Assembly (NCBI GenBank): GCA_027319905.1
Contig: DAHVMJ010000001.1
Span: 11,518-75,517 of the forward strand
Direction of reading: 5' to 3'
Origin: Candidatus Micrarchaeota archaeon
GTDB taxonomy: Archaea > Micrarchaeota > Micrarchaeia > Micrarchaeales > CABMGC01
DNA: 64,000 bases
A program made the position numbers and the translations under genes. Below the pieces are notes generated by a model. It made no database searches. It worked only from the letters and a program-made list of their open reading frames with translations, and was not told where the DNA came from. Position 1 is the stretch's first letter; the number at the start of each line of letters is the position of its first letter. Below, one piece after another: positions 59,441 to 64,000 of the stretch.

Positions 59441-59953
59441 TCAGACGAGATACTTTTCAATTATGTAGGCCTTGGCGTCCTTGAGCAGTTGTTGTTGGTT
59501 CTCGAACCTTGCCCTCTCTATTGCTTTGTCGACCGGGAGAAAATAGTATCTTTTGTGTTCCTGAGAGAGCGTGATCTGTTTTTTCTCATTCGTATGCATA
59601 AAAGCGAGGAAAAACACAACTCTTTTGTGGATCAGTGTGTTGCGATCTGTCCTAGAAGGCTTCTCTGTATACACGTACTGGTTCTCTTCCCTAAATCCCG
59701 TGTCCAGGTGAAGGGGCAGACCTATTTCCTCCCTTATCTCGCGATGCGCTGCCTGCATCAGTGTTTCTCCTTTCTCCACATGGCCCTTCGGCATGTCAAA
59801 CCACTCTTCGCCCGTTTCGTTGTTCTGAACCAGCGCGAGAACCATTATCTCTTGCTTTTCCACGTAGAAGACTACGGCGCCAGCTGAGACCTCGTTTACC
59901 GCCTTTGTTTTTTCCCTACTTCGAGTTGTTCTTGATCGCTTCTTCAAGTACAT
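59441..59953 (-). CDS. NUDIX hydrolase
   Basis: Nudix box 'GHVEKGETLMQAAHREIREEIGL'. Confidence 0.85.
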   Translation of the reverse strand: MYLKKRSRTTRSREKTKAVNEVSAGAVVFYVEKQEIMVLALVQNNETGEEWFDMPKGHVEKGETLMQAAHREIREEIGLPLHLDTGFREENQYVYTEKPSRTDRNTLIHKRVVFFLAFMHTNEKKQITLSQEHKRYYFLPVDKAIERARFENQQQLLKDAKAYIIEKYLV

Positions 59954-61223
59954 CGAGCCCCTTGTCTATGTTACTTTCCAGTATAGTCAGAGGTGGTATG
60001 ATCCTGATTGTAGAGCTGCCTGCAGGAAGGACCACCAACCCTTTGTTGAAGCAGTCCACTATTATACTGTCGCGCTCTTTCGTAGCGTACTCCTTGCCCT
60101 CCTTCGACTTTACGAACTCAACCCCTATCATCAGCCCCATGCCGCGAACGTCGCCCACCAACTCGTATGTTTCCTTCATCTCATTCATTCTCTTCATTAT
60201 CTTGGCTCCCTTCCTTGCGATGCTGCGTTCGAGTCCGCGCCTGTTGCGTTTGATGTAATCGAGAGACGCTGTCGCTGCCGCTGACGCGACGAGGTTTCCG
60301 CCAAATGTGCCTGCATGCGATCCTGCGGGGGTATCGCCCAGCGACTTTCTGGCCACGGTTGCAGCAAGAGGGAAACCTGCACCAAAAGACTTCGCAAACG
60401 TGTATATGTCGGCTACGGTGCCGAAGTTGCTGAGTGCAAGGAACTTGCCCGTTCGCATGTAGCCCGCCTGTATCTCATCGTCCACGAGAAGTATGCCGTG
60501 CTCGTCGGCCAGTTTTCTAAGTTCCTTGAAGAAGCCCCTTGGAGGTACTACGTAGCCACCCTCGCCCTGTATGGGCTCGAAGAATATCGCAGCGACCTCG
60601 TTCGGCGGGACCTCCTTTCCGAGGATGTTCCTTTCGATAAAGTCTATGCTTGCCTGTGAGCATTCCTCTGGGCTGCCGTTGAATCTGTAGGGGTCGGGAT
60701 ATGGAGCGTGCGAGACGTTCACGAAAGGGCCGAAGTGCGCCCTGTGGGACGTCTTCGATGCGGTGAGTCCGAGGGCGCCAATAGACCTCCCGTGGAAGGC
60801 ACCGTAGAACGCTATTATGTGGCGCCTCTTTGTGAAGAGCTTGACGAGCTTTATGGCGTCTTCGTTTGCCTCAGTGCCTGAGTTTGAGAAGAAGACACGG
60901 CCGAATCCTGGAGGGAGCATACCTACAAGCTTCTCCGCAAGCTCAACCGGGGCCTCTTCATAGTAGTCCATGAACATGCCGTGCATCAGCCTATCAATCT
61001 GCTTCTTTGCTGCGTTTCGTATCTGTGCGTTTGCATTAACTCCCAGATTGTAGCAGCTAACGAAGCTTGAGAAATCGATAAACCTGTTGCCCTCTATGTC
61101 GAAGACATGGTCGCCATTTCCGTGATCTGCAACGAAAGGAAAATCTTCACGGGTAGTGGTGAAGATTACTTTGCTGTCTCTCCTTATCACGTCCCTTATC
61201 CTCTTTCCTATTTTGACCTGCAT
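59916..61223 (-). CDS. Class-III PLP-dependent aminotransferase (GABA / acetylornithine aminotransferase family)
   Basis: 'FSNSGTEANE', 'LLVDDEIQAGYMRTGKF', 'DIYTFAKSFGAG' (PLP Lys). Confidence 0.9.
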   Translation of the reverse strand: MQVKIGKRIRDVIRRDSKVIFTTTREDFPFVADHGNGDHVFDIEGNRFIDFSSFVSCYNLGVNANAQIRNAAKKQIDRLMHGMFMDYYEEAPVELAEKLVGMLPPGFGRVFFSNSGTEANEDAIKLVKLFTKRRHIIAFYGAFHGRSIGALGLTASKTSHRAHFGPFVNVSHAPYPDPYRFNGSPEECSQASIDFIERNILGKEVPPNEVAAIFFEPIQGEGGYVVPPRGFFKELRKLADEHGILLVDDEIQAGYMRTGKFLALSNFGTVADIYTFAKSFGAGFPLAATVARKSLGDTPAGSHAGTFGGNLVASAAATASLDYIKRNRRGLERSIARKGAKIMKRMNEMKETYELVGDVRGMGLMIGVEFVKSKEGKEYATKERDSIIVDCFNKGLVVLPAGSSTIRIIPPLTILESNIDKGLDVLEEAIKNNSK

Positions 61224-61286
61224 TTAAACAGATTAACAATATTCGAAAGGGTTTATATTATCTTTCAGGGGGACGCTCGACGCTTG

Positions 61287-62180
61287 TTATGGAGGAGTGT
61301 ACCCGCCTGCCCACTGGTTTGTGTATGTGACTCCACTCGGCACAGCGTTGTTGTTGTTTCCGCTGTAGTCGTTGGCGTTGCCGTTGAGCGGCCACCAGCC
61401 CACGATATTCTGAAGATTGAGGGGCGCGCCTCCAATTCCCTCGGTGTAGAGGTACTGTATCTCGTTGGCTGAGAGGCTTGTGTTGTATATCTGTATTCCA
61501 GCGATCATTCCTACTCCGGCAGGTGAACCGCCGTCTTCAATTCCTATATTTAGAATGTCTGTAGAAGATATGCTCGGGGCCCCAAGTGTGATTGCCGGAT
61601 ACTGATACGAATTCAAATATAGCGTCAACGTTGTCCCGCTTAGGGTTCCAGCCATGAAGTTCCATTGATCGAGTTGGATCGTGGGACCCGAACTCGGGGT
61701 ACCATCGTTGCACCAGTTCTCGAACCTAGGGCGAAGGCTTCCGCTGCTGTTATCTACACACAGTACAGCCCCCTGCGAGCATCCTTGATGGTAAGACACG
61801 GCTAAGGCGCAATAATTATTGCCTCCGATCGCTTCTGGATAGACCCAATACGTTATTGTGGCTGTGTTTCCACTTAGAATCTGCGTATTTGAAGCTGATG
61901 CATATGAAGACCAGCTGGTGGTTGTTGTGGGATTAACAAATACGCCAACATACTGTGGGAGCTCTCCGTTGCACACGCCCTCTAGATTGATGAAATGTGC
62001 GCTATTTGGCCCATTCGGTCTGAAGACCTGGCAGGCCCCGGGCGGAGCTCTTGGCGCAAACGTGCCTGCATTGAACACTCCTAGTTGGAAGAGTGCACCC
62101 AGGACAACCGCGATGATGAGTATGGCCCACCCGTAGGTCATCAGGTACTCCATCGCCGACTGGAGCCTCTTTAGGCGCAT
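61287..62180 (-). CDS. Class-III-signal (pilin-like) protein with a LamG/ConA-like lectin domain, paralogue B
   Basis: 'MRLKRLQSAMEYLMTYGWAILIIAVVLGALF', 'IQIYNTSLSANEIQYLY', 'WWPLNGNANDYSGNNNNA'. Same length (297 aa) as paralogue A. Confidence 0.75.
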   Translation of the reverse strand: MRLKRLQSAMEYLMTYGWAILIIAVVLGALFQLGVFNAGTFAPRAPPGACQVFRPNGPNSAHFINLEGVCNGELPQYVGVFVNPTTTTSWSSYASASNTQILSGNTATITYWVYPEAIGGNNYCALAVSYHQGCSQGAVLCVDNSSGSLRPRFENWCNDGTPSSGPTIQLDQWNFMAGTLSGTTLTLYLNSYQYPAITLGAPSISSTDILNIGIEDGGSPAGVGMIAGIQIYNTSLSANEIQYLYTEGIGGAPLNLQNIVGWWPLNGNANDYSGNNNNAVPSGVTYTNQWAGGYTPP

Positions 62181-62223
62181 GTCCTAACTAAGTGTTTGAC
62201 AACTTTTATGCTTTGTGGCGATT

Positions 62224-62463
62224 CTACTTGGAAAGCTTGCTTGCCTCTATCTCGAGCGCCCTGGCAAGCTGCTCCTTGCTTGCCGGGTCTATTTTCTCTG
62301 ACAGGAATTCGAGATGCTTAATGTTGCATCTCCTCTCCTTCAGCCTGACCGAGGTAACAACGTTCACAAAATTAGCGTCAACAATCTTGGTTACCACTGC
62401 CCTCTTGCCCGCGTCCCTGCCGAACTTCTTCACACACACTCTGCCTGATTCAATCAAAGCCAT
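62224..62463 (-). CDS. rpl14e: 50S ribosomal protein L14e
   Basis: 'GRVCVKKFGRDAGKRAVVTKIVDANFV' (KOW motif). Confidence 0.9.
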   Translation of the reverse strand: MALIESGRVCVKKFGRDAGKRAVVTKIVDANFVNVVTSVRLKERRCNIKHLEFLSEKIDPASKEQLARALEIEASKLSK

Positions 62464-62478
62464 ATACTTACCCTTGTT

Positions 62479-63039
62479 TTACTCTGGTTTGTCCCCTGCC
62501 TCTTTCAGTATCTCTTCCGCTACCTGTTCCTGTGTTTTATTATTAACGTCAATAATTATATTAAAGGGCTTCATGTCAACGCCCAGCTCTATTCCGTACA
62601 TCTTCTTGTACAGTTCGTAGTTCTCCCTGTCCCTCACGCTCACTATCTCGCGCGCCCTGTCTATCGGGATCGAGTCACGCAATGCCATACGTTTAGTTCG
62701 CGTATCCTTCGACGCTTCAAGCCAGACCTTGACCCCTCTTTCGGAGAGCCATGGCATAGTGTAGCTTGTGACGACGATGTTGCCTCTTTCAATCTTCTCA
62801 ATCATCCGTCTGTCAGCTTCCTTGTCAAAATCAGGGTTCAGTTCCCGCTCCCTAAGGAACTTTATGCCGTCTGGCGTGTCCCACCAGTCTTCGTCAGTGA
62901 CAGAATAGCCGCGCTCTCGGGCCATTTCCTTGAGCACGTCACCTCCGCCCGCCATGCTAACTCCTGTTTTCTTGGAGATCTCCTGCGCCGTGGCGGTTTT
63001 GCCCGCAGCCGGCATGCCCGAAAGGATAAGAGCCTTCAT
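62479..63039 (-). CDS. cmk: Cytidylate kinase, archaeal type
   Basis: P-loop 'GMPAAGKTATA' and overall NMP-kinase pattern. Sits in the conserved position between L34e and L14e. Confidence 0.8.
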   Translation of the reverse strand: MKALILSGMPAAGKTATAQEISKKTGVSMAGGGDVLKEMARERGYSVTDEDWWDTPDGIKFLRERELNPDFDKEADRRMIEKIERGNIVVTSYTMPWLSERGVKVWLEASKDTRTKRMALRDSIPIDRAREIVSVRDRENYELYKKMYGIELGVDMKPFNIIIDVNNKTQEQVAEEILKEAGDKPE

Positions 63040-63093
63040 ATTGAGTTTTGCCCTGCAAGATTAATATTCTTGACGCGGCTTCGCCAAAACACG

Positions 63094-63420
63094 CTAGTGC
63101 GCGATCATCTGCAGCACGAAGACCCTCTGTCTCGTGCCTATGTCCCCGACGCGCATCTCCCCGTTCTCTATCCTGCTCGCCAGCTTGACCACCTCTGCGG
63201 TGCATGATGCACACAGCACGCCGCCGAATATCCTGGAGTTGCTCTTCCTGCTCCTGCCCTTGGCGTTGTCTCCTGCGTTTATACCGTTGAGCTCCGTGCT
63301 GCATATGGCGCAGTGCGGCAGCATCGCCTTCTTGCGCTCAAAGTGAAGCACATGTCTCCCGCTGGGCGCGACCCTGTCGAGTCTTCTGAAACTCCTGGAC
63401 CTGTGCATCGGCTTGGGCAT
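63094..63420 (-). CDS. rpl34e: 50S ribosomal protein L34e
   Basis: 'RSRSFRRLDRVAPSGR' and 'CAICSTELNG...CASC'. Confidence 0.9.
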   Translation of the reverse strand: MPKPMHRSRSFRRLDRVAPSGRHVLHFERKKAMLPHCAICSTELNGINAGDNAKGRSRKSNSRIFGGVLCASCTAEVVKLASRIENGEMRVGDIGTRQRVFVLQMIAH

Positions 63421-63470
63421 TTCGATACCTGAAACAGAGAATATGTTTGTTCGTCTAAAGCATAAATAGC

Positions 63471-63947
63471 TTACTGCTGCGTCGCCTCCGCCTGCTGCTT
63501 CTCCTTCGCAAGCCTCATCCTGTCGCGTAGCATGAGCGCTCCGGAGAGAAGCAGGCCTGCCACGAAAGCAACCGCTATAAAGTAGGTCCTGTAGTTGAGC
63601 GTCATCGACAAAACAGGCACGGTTATGTTGGGGTTGGTAGTGAATACTGCTGGAAAGACAAGATAATAGACCACGAAGAAGATGGGCAGCACCACGAACA
63701 TAGGTTTGAGCTGCGATCTCATGCTTTGGCCCAGCAGCGTGGTTATCTCCTTCTGCTTGAGCGCCAACTTCTCTTGGTCCGCCTTTGCCTTTACCATCTC
63801 ATTTAGCTCCTTGCTCTTCTGCTTTATCGTTTCCTGCACTTCCTGCATGTGTTTCATGTCTACAAGTTTGCGCTGCGCGGACACAGAAAACACTACGTAG
63901 ATTATCGCTATTGCCGTTATCTCTATTCCTACTACCATCGCTTTCAC
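63471..63947 (-). CDS. DUF106 / EMC3-TMCO1-like membrane protein (archaeal YidC/Oxa1-like insertase homologue)
   Basis: TM1, then coiled coil 'MKHMQEVQETIKQKSKELNEMVKAKADQEKL', then two TM helices. Typical position in the secY-adk-DUF106-cmk cluster. Confidence 0.8.
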   Translation of the reverse strand: MKAMVVGIEITAIAIIYVVFSVSAQRKLVDMKHMQEVQETIKQKSKELNEMVKAKADQEKLALKQKEITTLLGQSMRSQLKPMFVVLPIFFVVYYLVFPAVFTTNPNITVPVLSMTLNYRTYFIAVAFVAGLLLSGALMLRDRMRLAKEKQQAEATQQ

Positions 63948-64000
63948 TTGGCCTTTTCTATTATCTCCACAACACGTTTCTGCGCCGCCACAAGACCGCC
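63944..64000 (-). CDS. 3' end of a gene running off the right edge (adenylate kinase suspected only from synteny)
   Basis: Own translation: ..GGLVAAQKRVVEIIEKAK-stop. The stop overlaps the GTG start of the DUF106 gene (GTGA). Confidence 0.3.
   Translation of the reverse strand, partial: GGLVAAQKRVVEIIEKAK

Noticed and set aside
59916-59953. 38-nt same-strand overlap between the aminotransferase 3' end and the NUDIX 5' end, as a possible frameshift or fusion
   Set aside because: Both ORFs are complete with their family motifs. The NUDIX N-terminus is basic and low-complexity, and the overlap is within the range seen for compact archaeal operons. No evidence of a broken gene.
1-64000. CRISPR arrays, transposases/integrases, prophage blocks, rRNA operons
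   Set aside because: I looked for regularly spaced direct repeats, DDE or tyrosine-recombinase-like ORFs, and 16S/23S-like conserved strings, and found none. The only repeated sequences are the pilin-LamG gene ends, the 21-nt initiation-region repeat, and short palindromes.

Overview
The window is a dense, mostly housekeeping stretch of an archaeal chromosome. Archaeal markers include PolD DP1/DP2, aIF-1A, aIF-2beta, RpoD/RpoN, r-proteins S8e/L14e/L34e, CDP-archaeol synthase, a KEOPS Cgi121-like gene, a DUF106 YidC-like insertase, TATA-box promoters that are often leaderless, and GGTGAT/GAGGT Shine-Dalgarno sites. I support about 85 protein genes, 7 tRNA genes (3 with introns) and one SRP (7S) RNA. 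The SRP RNA explains a GC-rich 'ORF' patch at 31.55-31.82 kb. I saw no rRNA, CRISPR array, transposase or integrase. Gene order is scrambled relative to the classic archaeal r-protein/secY clusters. The gene content (class-II LysRS, many class-III signal-peptide proteins, intron-rich tRNAs) suggests a small-genome DPANN/Micrarchaeota-like or Thermoplasmata-like lineage, but that is inference only. The main items worth a second look are:

- A surface/pilus theme. There is a Tad-like type IV pilus locus (40.2-44.1 kb) whose second pilin is broken by a 1-nt frame change in a G/C run. Two 297-aa class-III-signal LamG-like paralogues have conserved ends and divergent cores and bracket the PolD block. 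A third copy is reduced to a 5' stub in front of ligT.
- A tRNA gene with a ~21-nt insertion in the T-loop and an apparent A34 anticodon.
- secY embedded in a tight four-gene array with a DUF929 thioredoxin-like protein, a CxC membrane protein and a V4R protein.
- A MoxR-vWA pair with an uncharacterised upstream partner.
- Several small unannotated ORFs and candidate RNAs: a 40-aa Cys-rich leaderless ORF, a 31-aa ORF directly upstream of speH, and a protein with a ribosomal-stalk-like C-terminal tail.

All functional calls come from motif recognition by eye. No database search was run.
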